Assembly (NCBI GenBank): GCA_964373795.1
Contig: CAYJVY010000001.1
Coordinates: 99,837 to 163,836 of the forward strand
Origin: an uncultured archaeon
Lineage (GTDB): Archaea; Iainarchaeota; Iainarchaeia; Iainarchaeales; DATDZZ01
Reading direction: 5' to 3'
Length of the DNA: 64,000 bases
Part shown: piece by piece, positions 9,858 to 19,777 of the stretch
Position numbering within the stretch: the first letter of the stretch is position 1
How the letters are laid out: each line of letters opens with the position of its first letter
Program-made: the position numbers and the translations under genes
The notes under the pieces: generated by a model
Database searches by the model: none
Seen by the model: the letters and a program-made list of their open reading frames with translations, nothing else
What the model was told of the DNA's origin: nothing

Positions 9858-10256
9858 ATGTATCGTTCAAGTCCAATTATTCGATGGAGAAGATATAACG
9901 ATAGATATCGCTTTGAAGGAAATCAATGCATTAAGTGTCAAACAGTTTTTTATCCAAAAAAATTTTTATGCAAATGTGGTTCAAAAGAATTCAACGCATT
10001 TGAGTTTTCAGGAAAAGGAGTCCTTCTTTCTTTTACTGAAATAAAGTCTCCTCCAGAGGTTTTCATTGAACAAGCCACCTACTGCATTGGAATAGTTCAA
10101 TTAATTGAAGGCCCTAAAATTACTTCCCAAATTGCTGATGTAGAATTAAAAGACTTAAAAATTGGAATGAAATTAATTTCTTCTTTCAGAAAATTTTATT
10201 CCTCTGGAGAAGAAGGAGCAATTCATTATGGAACAAAATTCATTCCAGATTTCTAA
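9858..10256 (+). CDS. DUF35 OB-fold/zinc-ribbon scaffold protein of the thiolase-HMGCS complex
   Basis: 132 aa with C-x2-C...C-x-C ribbon (CIKCQTVFYPKKFLCKCGS). Invariant position after thiolase. Confidence 0.75.
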   Translation: MYRSSPIIRWRRYNDRYRFEGNQCIKCQTVFYPKKFLCKCGSKEFNAFEFSGKGVLLSFTEIKSPPEVFIEQATYCIGIVQLIEGPKITSQIADVELKDLKIGMKLISSFRKFYSSGEEGAIHYGTKFIPDF

Positions 10257-10267
10257 TTACAAGAAAC

Positions 10268-10675
10268 TTATTTTCCTTTTTTTTCCTGAAGAAACTTTTC
10301 TGCTTTAATTATTCTACTAAAATTTTCAAGAATTTTTGCAGTAATTTCGGTTTTTTCTTCATCCATTGATATGAATTGAACCCTTAATGAAAATCTATAC
10401 ACTTCTTCATCAATTTTATCTAATAACTCTTTACTTCCAAGTCTTTCAAGCCTACCTGTTTTATTTCCTTGTTGCAATAAAAATGCTTTAACTAATGCTC
10501 TTTCTTGTGCATTGCTTGAAGTTATTCCGGCAATTATTTGCGCTAAATTTGTTCGAGTTTTATCTGCAAACTTAATATGTTCAATTGTTCCACGTGTATG
10601 CGGATTTTTATCCATTCTTTCAAATTCTTTTACAAGTATTTTTCTATGAATATCTGGGTTTAAAGGTTTTCGCAT
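10268..10675 (-). CDS. Hypothetical protein, possibly alpha-helical DNA/RNA-binding
   Basis: 135-aa ORF with no recognised motif. Confidence 0.4.
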   Translation of the reverse strand: MRKPLNPDIHRKILVKEFERMDKNPHTRGTIEHIKFADKTRTNLAQIIAGITSSNAQERALVKAFLLQQGNKTGRLERLGSKELLDKIDEEVYRFSLRVQFISMDEEKTEITAKILENFSRIIKAEKFLQEKKGK

Positions 10676-10783
10676 AACTTTCTATAAATAATTGTTTTTA
10701 AGGTTTTTATATCTTTAACCTTGTGCTTTAAAACAATTTTCAACCATATTTTTTTAATTAAATTTTTATTAAGAGGTGTTGAA

Positions 10784-11212
10784 ATGCCTAAAAGAAATGA
10801 AGCCTTTTTTTGCTTATATGAAAACTTTTTCTTAGAATTAAAAAAATCTCTTGGAAGAAAAGGAGTGAAACTTTGGCAAAAAGTAATGTTTAATGCTTTA
10901 ATGAATGCCTTCAAATTCGATGGCGCGCGAAAAAAATCCGGAATAAATTCCTTCATTAAATTTGTTGGCAAACGAGATAACAAGCTTGGATTGAAAGTTT
11001 CATTCAAAAAAACTCGTAACGGATTTATTTACAGGTTTGCTGTAGACCCTTTTCCTGGCTTGAAAGGGAAAACCTCTATTCAAACCATTACCGAATCATA
11101 TTTAAATCCCAAAAAAGAATATTTTTTAGGAAGCAAGTGGAGATTTAAAACTTCAAAGCATTTCTGGAAAGGAGATAACTTAATTGAACACGTTTTTTGG
11201 AGAGAGAATTAA
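10784..11212 (+). CDS. Hypothetical basic, aromatic-rich protein. First gene of a translationally coupled pair.
   Basis: ORF track 10721..11212. An internal ATG (MPKRNEAFF) is preferred. The stop overlaps the start of the next ORF (TAAATG). An antisense ORF 10660..11007 competes with it. Confidence 0.35.
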   Translation: MPKRNEAFFCLYENFFLELKKSLGRKGVKLWQKVMFNALMNAFKFDGARKKSGINSFIKFVGKRDNKLGLKVSFKKTRNGFIYRFAVDPFPGLKGKTSIQTITESYLNPKKEYFLGSKWRFKTSKHFWKGDNLIEHVFWREN

Positions 11213-11983
11213 ATGAAGCGAAAAACTTTTTCAAAAGGAAGAAAAGAGTCTCGAAAAAAGTTTCAAGCAAGAAAGCTTGAAGGCCTTAAAGCAAGAATTC
11301 CAGAAGAAGTTAGAACTCTTTCATTCGCCGAATTTGTTAAAAGATGCAATAATTTTTCCCTTCTTTTTCGAGATAGTGGAACTGTAGAAAGAAAAAACCT
11401 TTTGAAAGAAATTGAAGCACTTAAACGTGTAAACCCAAAACTATTCAAAGAACTTAGTAGAGCAGTAACTAATTTTGATGCTATTTCTTCAGGACAAACA
11501 TGGTTTTTCCTCTTGGAAAAACTTAAAAGACCTTACAAGAGTTTTAGAAAAGATTGGCCAAAAATAAGAATGAAAAGAATAACTGATTTTAGGATTGACC
11601 AAAGGTTTAAGCGTGACCAAATCAAATTAGCAGAAGATCGTATTAAATTCAACAAATTTCTCTTAACTTCAAGAGGTGCAGAAAAAGCGCGACTTGAAGA
11701 AGAAATTGCTGCAAAAAGTTCCGAAATAGAAAGCTTGCAAGAAGAAATAACTCATATTGATAGACAAATAGCAGCTTTTGAACAAACATCTTTTCCAGGA
11801 AAGAGCAGTGCAGAGTTTGAGAGATACTTAAAAGGACTTAAGATAGAAAAGAGTATTTATAGTTCAAAGCACATGCAAAAATCCGTGCAAGAAGGATCAA
11901 TTCTTTATTCATTATTGTATAAAGCCTATAAAGCGTTTCGTAGATTTAATCCATCTCTTAAAAATTCACAATTATTTGTTTAA
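11213..11983 (+). CDS. Hypothetical basic coiled-coil protein. Second gene of the pair.
   Basis: 256 aa, Lys/Arg-rich N-terminus, central predicted coiled coil (EEEIAAKSSEIESLQEEITHIDRQIAAFEQ). Confidence 0.4.
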   Translation: MKRKTFSKGRKESRKKFQARKLEGLKARIPEEVRTLSFAEFVKRCNNFSLLFRDSGTVERKNLLKEIEALKRVNPKLFKELSRAVTNFDAISSGQTWFFLLEKLKRPYKSFRKDWPKIRMKRITDFRIDQRFKRDQIKLAEDRIKFNKFLLTSRGAEKARLEEEIAAKSSEIESLQEEITHIDRQIAAFEQTSFPGKSSAEFERYLKGLKIEKSIYSSKHMQKSVQEGSILYSLLYKAYKAFRRFNPSLKNSQLFV

Positions 11984-12027
11984 CGCAATTTATTAAACTC
12001 TTTTGTTTGAACATTAATTAGGGTTAA

Positions 12028-13029
12028 ATGAATTCAGTTAAAGCTTCTGCTCCTGGAAATTTATTTTTTTTAGGCGAGCACGCAGTTGTTTATGGTTGTC
12101 CTGCAATTAACACTGCAGTTAACAAGAGAACTGTTGCAATTGCTTCAGAACGCACTGATAACAGAGTTGAAGTTGAATCAGCGTTTTATGGAAAAGCAAA
12201 TGCTTTGCTTCAAAATGGAAAATTAGTTGAAAGAAAATTTGAAGAAAAAGGATTAGATTCAATGCTTGATTTATGTGAATCCACTTTAAATGCATTTGAA
12301 TTGCGTTCAGGATTTAATTTGAAAATTGATTCAGAGATTCCAGTTGAATCAGGAATGTCTTCTTCTACTGCAGTTCTTTCAGCTTCTTTTAAAGCAATAA
12401 CTGAGTTGTTTGGACAAAAAGTTAAATTGGAAAAATATTTTGACTATTTATATCCTCATCAAGTAAAAATTCATGGAGGAAAAGCATCTGGAAGTGAAAT
12501 TGCTTCTTCGGCTTTTGGAGGGTTTAATCGCGTGCAAAAAATAACTTTGCCTGATGGAAAAGCAAAACTTGACTTTAAATCTTTAGGCAATCAAGAATTT
12601 CAAGTAGTAATTGGGAATACTAAAATTCGTTCCCCAACTGGCTTGGTTGTAGGAACACATCATCCATCTCTTTTCGCGCGATGGAAAGATCAAACAGATA
12701 AAGCAATTAAAGACATTGAAAAGCTTTCAAAAAAAATGCAGTCAGCAATAAAAAAAGGAAATGCAGAAGCAGTTGGAAAAATAATGAATAAAAATCATAA
12801 AATTTTGCGAGACAAATTTCTTGTAAGCCATCCAAAACTTGAAGACTGCATTAATGAAGCATTAAAAGCTGGTGCTTTAGGAGCAAAGCTTTCAGGAGCA
12901 GGATGGGGAGGAGTAATGTTTGCTCTTGTAACCCCTGAATCAAAGGAAGCAGTAGTGAAAGCAATTCAATCAACTGGTTCTGAAGCAATTTCTACTCAAA
13001 TTGGAGTTGAAGGCGTTCGCTTAGAATAA
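12028..13029 (+). CDS. mvk: Mevalonate kinase (GHMP kinase)
   Basis: N-terminal SAPGNLFFLGEHAVVYG and GHMP motif-2-like region. 333 aa. Confidence 0.75.
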   Translation: MNSVKASAPGNLFFLGEHAVVYGCPAINTAVNKRTVAIASERTDNRVEVESAFYGKANALLQNGKLVERKFEEKGLDSMLDLCESTLNAFELRSGFNLKIDSEIPVESGMSSSTAVLSASFKAITELFGQKVKLEKYFDYLYPHQVKIHGGKASGSEIASSAFGGFNRVQKITLPDGKAKLDFKSLGNQEFQVVIGNTKIRSPTGLVVGTHHPSLFARWKDQTDKAIKDIEKLSKKMQSAIKKGNAEAVGKIMNKNHKILRDKFLVSHPKLEDCINEALKAGALGAKLSGAGWGGVMFALVTPESKEAVVKAIQSTGSEAISTQIGVEGVRLE

Positions 13030-13089
13030 CTTTCTTTGGAAAAGAAAAGTTAACAAAAGAAAGTGGTTAAAGAAAATTGTTAAAAGAAA

Positions 13090-13887
13090 GTGATTTTTTT
13101 GATTAAGAATTTTTTAATTGATTTAGATGGAGTAATCTATGAAGGGTCAAACATTATTCCAGGAGCTTTTCAAGCAATTGATTTTTTGCAGAAAAATAAT
13201 TTTCCTTTCCTACTTTTCACTAACACTAATTCTCGTACAAAAAATTCTTTAATGAGAAAACTTGCCAATTTTGGTTTTAATGTTCAGCCAGAAAATGTGT
13301 TCACTGCATTAGATGCAACAATTGAATTCATTAAATCCAAAAAACCTGCTGCAAAAATTTTTTCAATGCAGAACAAGGAAGTAATGGATTTCATGCAAGA
13401 AAATAGTTTGGAATTAGTGAAAAACGAGTTTGAAAGAGTGGATTTCGTAGTATTGGGAGTTGATTATGAAAACACTTTTTCTAAAATGGATTTAGCTTTT
13501 AGGCTTCTTTTAAACACTAAAGCAGAACTAATCTTGGTTTCAGGTGATAGATTTTATCCTGGCGGAGGAAAACTAATAATGGGGCCAGGAGGTTTTGCAA
13601 AAGCATTAGAATTTGCTTCAGGAAAGCAAGCAATTCTTATAGGAAAACCTTCCCCAAATTTTTTTGAAATTCCAGTAAAAAAATTTGGCTTCAAAGATTC
13701 CGAAACTCTTTACATTGGAGACACAGTTGACTTAGATGTAGAGCCAGCAAAAAAAGTTAAACTAAAAACAATGCTTGTTAAAACAGGGAATTTTTCAGAA
13801 AAAGAATTCAAGAACTCAAAAAACAAGCCAGACTATTTATTGAAATCAATTGCTGATTTACCTAAATGGATTGAGAAAAATCATTAA
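13090..13887 (+). CDS. HAD-superfamily hydrolase, subfamily IIA (NagD/pNPPase-like)
   Basis: LIDLDGVIY motif I and GDTVDLD-type motif IV (IGDTVDLDV). Confidence 0.65.
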   Translation: MIFLIKNFLIDLDGVIYEGSNIIPGAFQAIDFLQKNNFPFLLFTNTNSRTKNSLMRKLANFGFNVQPENVFTALDATIEFIKSKKPAAKIFSMQNKEVMDFMQENSLELVKNEFERVDFVVLGVDYENTFSKMDLAFRLLLNTKAELILVSGDRFYPGGGKLIMGPGGFAKALEFASGKQAILIGKPSPNFFEIPVKKFGFKDSETLYIGDTVDLDVEPAKKVKLKTMLVKTGNFSEKEFKNSKNKPDYLLKSIADLPKWIEKNH

Positions 13888-13961
13888 TTCCTTATTTAAA
13901 AATCTAAAGTACGTTGATTAACAAATTTCGTGAATGTTTTTAAAGTTCAATTGATAATTAT

Positions 13962-14549
13962 TTGTCTATGTTGAAATCCTTTGAATTAATTGTTGAAGGT
14001 CAAGTGCAAAGAGTGGGCTTTAGAAATTTTGTTAGCAGGATTGCTTTTGAGTTAAACATTAAAGGTGAAATTCAAAACATTTCTGGAGAAAAGGTAAGAA
14101 TACTTGTTCAAGGCGAACAAGAAAATCTTTCTGAATTTATTAAAAGAATTTGGGTGACTGAATGGCCTATTGATGTTTGGAATATTTCTAAAAAAGAAAC
14201 CAAGTCTCTAGAACAATTTGATAGATTTAAAATTATTAGAGGAAAAATTCAAGAAGAAATTAGTGAAAGAATGGATGAAGCAGCTTTTTTCCTTCAAAAA
14301 CTCAATAAAGATATGAATGAAAACTTTGGGAGATTGTTTAATGAAACCCATGAACATAAAAAGCTTACTGAAAAATTCTTGGAAGACTCTAATTTAAATT
14401 TCAATAAACTTGATTCAAAATATGGCATGATTTCTGAACAACTTGAAAAAGCAAACAAAAAACTAGACAAATTAGATAAGCTCGATGAAATTGGAGATTC
14501 TCTTGGTGCAATGAAAGATTCAATGCAAAGACTTGAGAAAAAGATGTAA
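13962..14549 (+). CDS. Acylphosphatase-like domain protein with C-terminal coiled coil
   Basis: VEGQVQRVGFRNFV matches acylphosphatase signature 1. The C-terminal 100 aa are K/E-rich helical. Confidence 0.5.
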   Translation: MSMLKSFELIVEGQVQRVGFRNFVSRIAFELNIKGEIQNISGEKVRILVQGEQENLSEFIKRIWVTEWPIDVWNISKKETKSLEQFDRFKIIRGKIQEEISERMDEAAFFLQKLNKDMNENFGRLFNETHEHKKLTEKFLEDSNLNFNKLDSKYGMISEQLEKANKKLDKLDKLDEIGDSLGAMKDSMQRLEKKM

Positions 14550-14556
14550 CTTTTTT

Positions 14557-15354
14557 TCACTGCTTTAGATTGATTTTAAGCATAAAGATTTTTTCAATGT
14601 AATCTATTATTGAATAAAAAATTATCCCCCAAAATGAAATCAATAAAATTGCTGCAAACATCAAAGGAGTATTCAAATAATAAGAAGAGTTCACAATTAT
14701 GTGTCCCAATCCTTGAGTTGCACCAGTGAATTCTCCAATTATAACTCCTACAACTGCCAGAGTACTTGAAATTTTTAGTGAAGAAAAAACAAATGGCAGT
14801 GAATTAGGAATTTGAAGCTTCAATAATGTTTGCAGTCGCGTAGCAGAATAGGATTTCATTAAATCTAGTTGTTCTTTTTCAATGCCTTGAAGTCCTTCCA
14901 ACGAATTTATTAAAACAGGAAAAAAAGCAACAAGGCTTCCCATAACAATTTTTGATTCTAATCCATTTCCAAACCATAAAATTAATGCTGGTGCAAGAGC
15001 AATTAGTGGAGTGGCCTTTATTGCAATTGCAAAAGGAAGAAAAGAATTTTTTACAGTTTTTGAAAGAACAAAAACAATTGCTAATAAAAAAGCTAGCAGG
15101 CTTCCAATAATAAAAGCAGAAACAGATTCAAATGCAGTGACAAAAAGATTTGAATATAATTCTCGGTTATTAATAATGATTGATTTTATTACCTCTGAAA
15201 ATTTTGGGATAATTATATTATCAACTATTTCAAGAGAAGCAAAAAACTCCCAAAAACCAAGAAATAAAATCAATACAATTAAAGGCAGAATTAATTCTTT
15301 TGCTTTATCAATAAATTTTTTAAGCATTTTACATACTCCTGAAATTTTTTGCAA
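14557..15354 (-). CDS. ABC transporter permease (NitT/TauT-type binding-protein-dependent system)
   Basis: 265 aa, about 6 TM segments, EAA-like loop region. Confidence 0.7.
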   Translation of the reverse strand: MQKISGVCKMLKKFIDKAKELILPLIVLILFLGFWEFFASLEIVDNIIIPKFSEVIKSIIINNRELYSNLFVTAFESVSAFIIGSLLAFLLAIVFVLSKTVKNSFLPFAIAIKATPLIALAPALILWFGNGLESKIVMGSLVAFFPVLINSLEGLQGIEKEQLDLMKSYSATRLQTLLKLQIPNSLPFVFSSLKISSTLAVVGVIIGEFTGATQGLGHIIVNSSYYLNTPLMFAAILLISFWGIIFYSIIDYIEKIFMLKINLKQ

Positions 15355-16016
15355 TGTTTTATCTCAGGATTTCTTGGCCTGGAAAAATCAATTTTAATAA
15401 TTTTTTTTACCATAGAAGGTATTTCAGATAAAACAATTATTTTGTCTGAAAGAAAAACTGCTTCTTCTAAATGATGAGTGACAAATAAAATTGTTCGCTT
15501 TTTTTTCAACCAAATATTTTGCAACTCTATTGCAAGTGTTTCTCTTGAAAGTTCGTCTAGTGAAGCAAAAGGTTCATCCATTAAAAGCAAATCTGGTTGA
15601 AACGATAAAGCTCTAGCAATTGCAGTTCTTTGTTGCATTCCTCCCGAAATCTGATGAGGGAAAAATTTCTCAAAATTTTGTAATCCAACCAATTCAACAA
15701 ACTTTTTAACATGTTTTTCGCTATTTCCCAAAATTTCTTGAGGTAGTTTAATATTTTCTTCAACTGTTCGCCACTTCAATAATCCCGGTTTTTGAAATAC
15801 AAATCCAAATCTTGGATTAGTTTTCTGAATTTCTATATTTCCATTTGAAGGATTTTCTAATCCTCCGATAATTCTTAAAAGAGTGCTTTTTCCACAACCA
15901 CTTTTTCCTACAAGTGAAACAAATTCTCCTTGTTCTGCATGAAAGTTCACATCTTTTAATACAAGTAATTCTTCAGGAGAATTAAAAACCTTTGAAACAT
16001 TTTCTACTTTAATCAT
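15291..16016 (-). CDS. ABC transporter ATP-binding protein
   Basis: Walker A GKSGCGKST, signature ISGGMQQR, Walker B LLLMDEP. Confidence 0.8.
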   Translation of the reverse strand: MIKVENVSKVFNSPEELLVLKDVNFHAEQGEFVSLVGKSGCGKSTLLRIIGGLENPSNGNIEIQKTNPRFGFVFQKPGLLKWRTVEENIKLPQEILGNSEKHVKKFVELVGLQNFEKFFPHQISGGMQQRTAIARALSFQPDLLLMDEPFASLDELSRETLAIELQNIWLKKKRTILFVTHHLEEAVFLSDKIIVLSEIPSMVKKIIKIDFSRPRNPEIKHCKKFQEYVKCLKNLLIKQKN

Positions 16017-17015
16017 TTAATCCCTAATATTCAATTTGTTTACAAAAGATGTGTCAAAGGCGTCATCTACATTGAATGGTTTTTCAACTACTTTTTCAGT
16101 TAAAAGTCTATCATATGTTTCTTGAAACATTTGCGTATCCATAAACCCATAAGGATTTTTAGAAACAGGTTCATTGTAAATATGCAGTCTTTTTAATTCA
16201 ATATTTTCATTTATTTTTGCATCATATTTTGCTAAAATTTCAATAGATTCTTTTGGATAATTAACGCTATACTTTAAGCCTTTCAATGTTGCTCTCAAAA
16301 ACTTTTCAGTAGTTTTAGGATTTTTTTCAATAAAGTCTTCCCTAGCAAAAAGAGTATATCCATGACTACTAACTCCGTAATCCTTTGGATCAATTGAATT
16401 TATTTCAATTCCTTTTTCAGGAAGATCTATGCCTGCTGTTGGCCTAAAAGCAAATTGTGCATCAATTTGTCCGGAAACAAGTTGACTATAATTATATCCG
16501 ACATCCACCTCTTGCACACTAATTTTCTCTTTATTGAAAAGTGCATGCAAGATATCAGTAGAAATATGTCCATAATAAAATCCAACTTTTTTTCCTTGCA
16601 AGTCTTCAACTTTTGTTAAACCACTTTTTTTAAGTGAAAGCAATACAACAAAGTTTGCATTTTTATGAAAAACTGCAATGGCTTTTAATGGCTGGCTCTT
16701 GCCTCTTGCAACAAGTAAGGTGTCAGGTCCGCCAAGCAAACCAAACTCATCAGATTTTGTTAAAATCATTTTAACTGGATTAAGTTCTGGAGAGCCATGA
16801 TTAAAAGTTACATCTAATCCTTCTTCAGCATAATACCCTTTATTTAAAGCCACATAAAAAGGTGTTTGCCCGGCTTCAACAAAGGGAATTGGAAATCTAA
16901 CTGACACTTTTTCTAATTTTTTAGAGTCATTATTAGAATTCGATGAAACACATCCCAAAATCAAGAGAAAAATGATTACTCCGCTAACGATAACTATCAA
17001 CTTATTCGAATTCAT
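16017..17015 (-). CDS. ABC transporter substrate-binding protein (NMT1/THI5-like), lipoprotein-type signal peptide
   Basis: N-terminal TM/signal plus LLILGCVSS lipobox-like. Position in the operon with the permease and ATPase. Confidence 0.6.
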   Translation of the reverse strand: MNSNKLIVIVSGVIIFLLILGCVSSNSNNDSKKLEKVSVRFPIPFVEAGQTPFYVALNKGYYAEEGLDVTFNHGSPELNPVKMILTKSDEFGLLGGPDTLLVARGKSQPLKAIAVFHKNANFVVLLSLKKSGLTKVEDLQGKKVGFYYGHISTDILHALFNKEKISVQEVDVGYNYSQLVSGQIDAQFAFRPTAGIDLPEKGIEINSIDPKDYGVSSHGYTLFAREDFIEKNPKTTEKFLRATLKGLKYSVNYPKESIEILAKYDAKINENIELKRLHIYNEPVSKNPYGFMDTQMFQETYDRLLTEKVVEKPFNVDDAFDTSFVNKLNIRD

Positions 17016-17134
17016 TTTTTGTTCACCTTTTACAATTAATAAGTAAATCTTGTCCTCGCTTGTTATTATATATTATTGTCCCCTTATGGGGTCGAAGTGA
17101 ATATAATTAAAAACCCTTTATAGAGAAATTTGTT

Positions 17135-17881
17135 ATGAATCACAAATTGTTTGAGGATATTGGTTTAACCTCTGGAGAAGTAAAAGTTTATTTTGCTTTA
17201 TTGAAGTTAGGCGCCACTAAAACAGGAGCGCTAGCTATAAATGCAGGGGTTTCTTCTTCAAAGGTTTACAAAATTCTTTCAAGGCTTGAAAAAAAAGGGC
17301 TTGCAGGGCATATTCTTAAAGGTAAAATAAAATACTTTAGCGCTAATGCTCCTAAAAGAATTCTTGATTATGTGGATGAAAAAGAATCTATTTTGCAGGA
17401 AAAAAAAGCTTTAATTGAGGAGTTACTGCCAGAATTAGAAAAACAAAAATTGTCTAGTAAAACTGAGGCAACAATTTATGAAGGCTTTAAGGGAGTTACA
17501 AATTTTTTCAAAAACATTTTGCACGAACTCAAAACAGGCGAAACTTATTATGTTATTGGCGCTGGATATGGAGATGATATTCTTGAATTGCGCGAATTTT
17601 TTTATAGTCATCATGCTAAAAGAGCTAAAAGAAAGATTAAAGTGAAAATGTTGGCAAATCATAATGTTAAAGACTCATTGGTTTCTACAAGTAAAAAAAA
17701 TTCTGAGATAAGATTTTTGCCTCAATATTTGATCACTAATATGGAGATTGTTTTCTATAAAAACAAGGTTTTCATTGCTTTATTAACTCATGAACCAATT
17801 GGTTTCTTGATTGAAAGCGAGGAAGCAGTTAAAAGCTTTCAATCCTATTTCAATGCTTTTTGGAAAATAGCTAAAAAATAA
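17135..17881 (+). CDS. TrmB-family transcriptional regulator
   Basis: N-terminal wHTH LTSGEVKVYFALLKLGATKTGALAINAGVSSSKVYKILSRLEKKGL plus C-terminal TrmB-like domain. Confidence 0.65.
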   Translation: MNHKLFEDIGLTSGEVKVYFALLKLGATKTGALAINAGVSSSKVYKILSRLEKKGLAGHILKGKIKYFSANAPKRILDYVDEKESILQEKKALIEELLPELEKQKLSSKTEATIYEGFKGVTNFFKNILHELKTGETYYVIGAGYGDDILELREFFYSHHAKRAKRKIKVKMLANHNVKDSLVSTSKKNSEIRFLPQYLITNMEIVFYKNKVFIALLTHEPIGFLIESEEAVKSFQSYFNAFWKIAKK

Positions 17882-17940
17882 AAAGCAATTAATTTGCTTT
17901 CATCAAGCTATTTAATTCTTTTTCTTGGTTTAATTATTTA

Positions 17941-18591
17941 ATGACTTCGACTTTAGTTTACCTTGTAAGACATGCAGAAACTGATTGGAATGTTTTGAAA
18001 AAACTTCAAGGGCAAACAAATGAACAAAATTTAACTCTATTAGGATTAAAGCAAGCAGAGTGTTTGAAAAAATTTTTTGAGGAAAACCCTGTTGACTTGA
18101 TTTTTTCTAGTCCAATGAAGAGGGCAATGGATTCAGTGAAAATTGTTTTTCCTGGCAAAAGAGTTTTCACTGATCATAGATTAATTGAACGAGGTTTTGG
18201 AGAATTTGAAGGAAAAACATGGCAAGAAATTGAAGCAATTCGTCCTGGATTACATGCATTGTATAAAGATACTAGAACATTGCCCGAAGTAAAAGGAGCT
18301 GAAACAATTGAAGAACTTCAAAACAGGTCAGTTGAAGCCTTGCAAGACATAATTAAAATTGGAGAAGGAAAGAAAATTGCAGTAATTGTTCATGGAGCAA
18401 CAATTAAAACAATTTTGTTAAAAATCTTAAATAAGCCTTTTACTTTCTATAAAGAAATTCCTCAAAAAAACGGCTGCATTAATTTGTTAGAGTTTTCAAG
18501 TAAAAATTTTAGTTCAGGAAAAATTTTAATTCAAGGAGATTTAAGTCATTTACAAATTTTGTCTGAAAAAGATTTTGATTTAAAGAGGTGA
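17941..18591 (+). CDS. Histidine phosphatase family protein (phosphoglycerate-mutase-like)
   Basis: LVRHAETDWN catalytic His motif. Confidence 0.65.
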   Translation: MTSTLVYLVRHAETDWNVLKKLQGQTNEQNLTLLGLKQAECLKKFFEENPVDLIFSSPMKRAMDSVKIVFPGKRVFTDHRLIERGFGEFEGKTWQEIEAIRPGLHALYKDTRTLPEVKGAETIEELQNRSVEALQDIIKIGEGKKIAVIVHGATIKTILLKILNKPFTFYKEIPQKNGCINLLEFSSKNFSSGKILIQGDLSHLQILSEKDFDLKR

Positions 18592-18595
18592 TTGT

Positions 18596-19600
18596 TTGAC
18601 TTCCAAAATTTTAAAAGCAACAGCTTTGGCTAATGCAAATATTGCTTTAACAAAGTATTGGGGGAAAAGAGATAAAGCATTAATTCTGCCAATGAACGGT
18701 TCAACCTCGGTTTCATTAAATCATTTAAACACTATTACAACAGTGGAGTTTTCTGAAAAATTTAAAGAAGACTTTATTACTTTAAACGATGAAGAATTAA
18801 AAAAAGATGCAGCAGATATTGTAAAACATTTAGATCTTATTCGTGAAATGGCTGGAATAAAATTTAAAGCCAAAATGATTTCAACCTCTAATTTTCCAAT
18901 TGCAGCTGGCTTGGCTTCAAGTGCTTCTGGTTTTGCAGCTCTTTCTTTAGCTGCTTCAAAAGCAGCTGGCTTGGAGTTAAATGAAAAAGAATTATCCATT
19001 CTCGCTCGCCGAGGAAGCGGTTCCGCTTCCAGATCTATTCCAGGAGGATTTGTTGAATGGAAAAAAGGTGAACAAGCAGATGGTTTAGATAGTTTTGCTT
19101 ATTCTTTTGCTTCAAAAGATTATTGGCCTGAATTTAGAATGCTTACAACAATTTTAACTGAAGCTAAAAAGAAATGGAGTTCTAGATCTGGAATGGCTCA
19201 AACAGTTGCTTCTTGCAAGCTTTACAAGGGATGGCTTGACTCAGTTCAAGAAGACATTGAAGGATTAAAAAAAGCGGTTTTGCAAAAAGATTTTCAAACA
19301 GTTGGAGAAATAGCTGAAATGAATTGCTTGAAAATGCATGCAACAATGATTTCTACTAATCCTCCAATAATTTATTGGCAGCCTGCAACTATTTCAGTAA
19401 TTCATTCAGTTCTTTCTTGGCGCGATCAAGGCCAAAAATGTTTTTTTACTATAGATGGCGGTCCAAACGTTAAAGTAATTTGTTTAGCGCAAGACGCAAA
19501 ACACTTGACAAAAGAGTTGCTCGCAGTAGAAGGAGTAAAAAAAGTAATTGAATGCTCTCCAGGAGACAAAGCTCAACTCATTGAAAAACACTTGTTTTAG
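18596..19600 (+). CDS. Diphosphomevalonate decarboxylase family enzyme (MVD, phosphomevalonate or bisphosphomevalonate decarboxylase)
   Basis: 334 aa, GHMP fold, N-terminal ANANIALTKYWGKRD typical of MVD-family proteins. Substrate specificity not assignable by eye. Confidence 0.75.
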   Translation: MTSKILKATALANANIALTKYWGKRDKALILPMNGSTSVSLNHLNTITTVEFSEKFKEDFITLNDEELKKDAADIVKHLDLIREMAGIKFKAKMISTSNFPIAAGLASSASGFAALSLAASKAAGLELNEKELSILARRGSGSASRSIPGGFVEWKKGEQADGLDSFAYSFASKDYWPEFRMLTTILTEAKKKWSSRSGMAQTVASCKLYKGWLDSVQEDIEGLKKAVLQKDFQTVGEIAEMNCLKMHATMISTNPPIIYWQPATISVIHSVLSWRDQGQKCFFTIDGGPNVKVICLAQDAKHLTKELLAVEGVKKVIECSPGDKAQLIEKHLF

Positions 19601-19777
19601 AAGGACTGATTTAATGATTAGGTTTACATCAAAGATTGTAAAAGTTGGAAAAGATATTTATGCATTATTTCCTGGCGAACTATAAAAACGCTTTACAACT
19701 TACTCCGTGGTTTTTGATTGAATTAGATTGGTATTTAAATAATTTCAAAAAATAATTTATAGCTGGTTTGAATTTTT

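Noticed and set aside
10660-11007. Minus-strand ORF 10660..11007 as a real gene
   Set aside because: It overlaps the plus-strand coupled gene pair, which has a better operon context. The call is left uncertain, and a finding is recorded.
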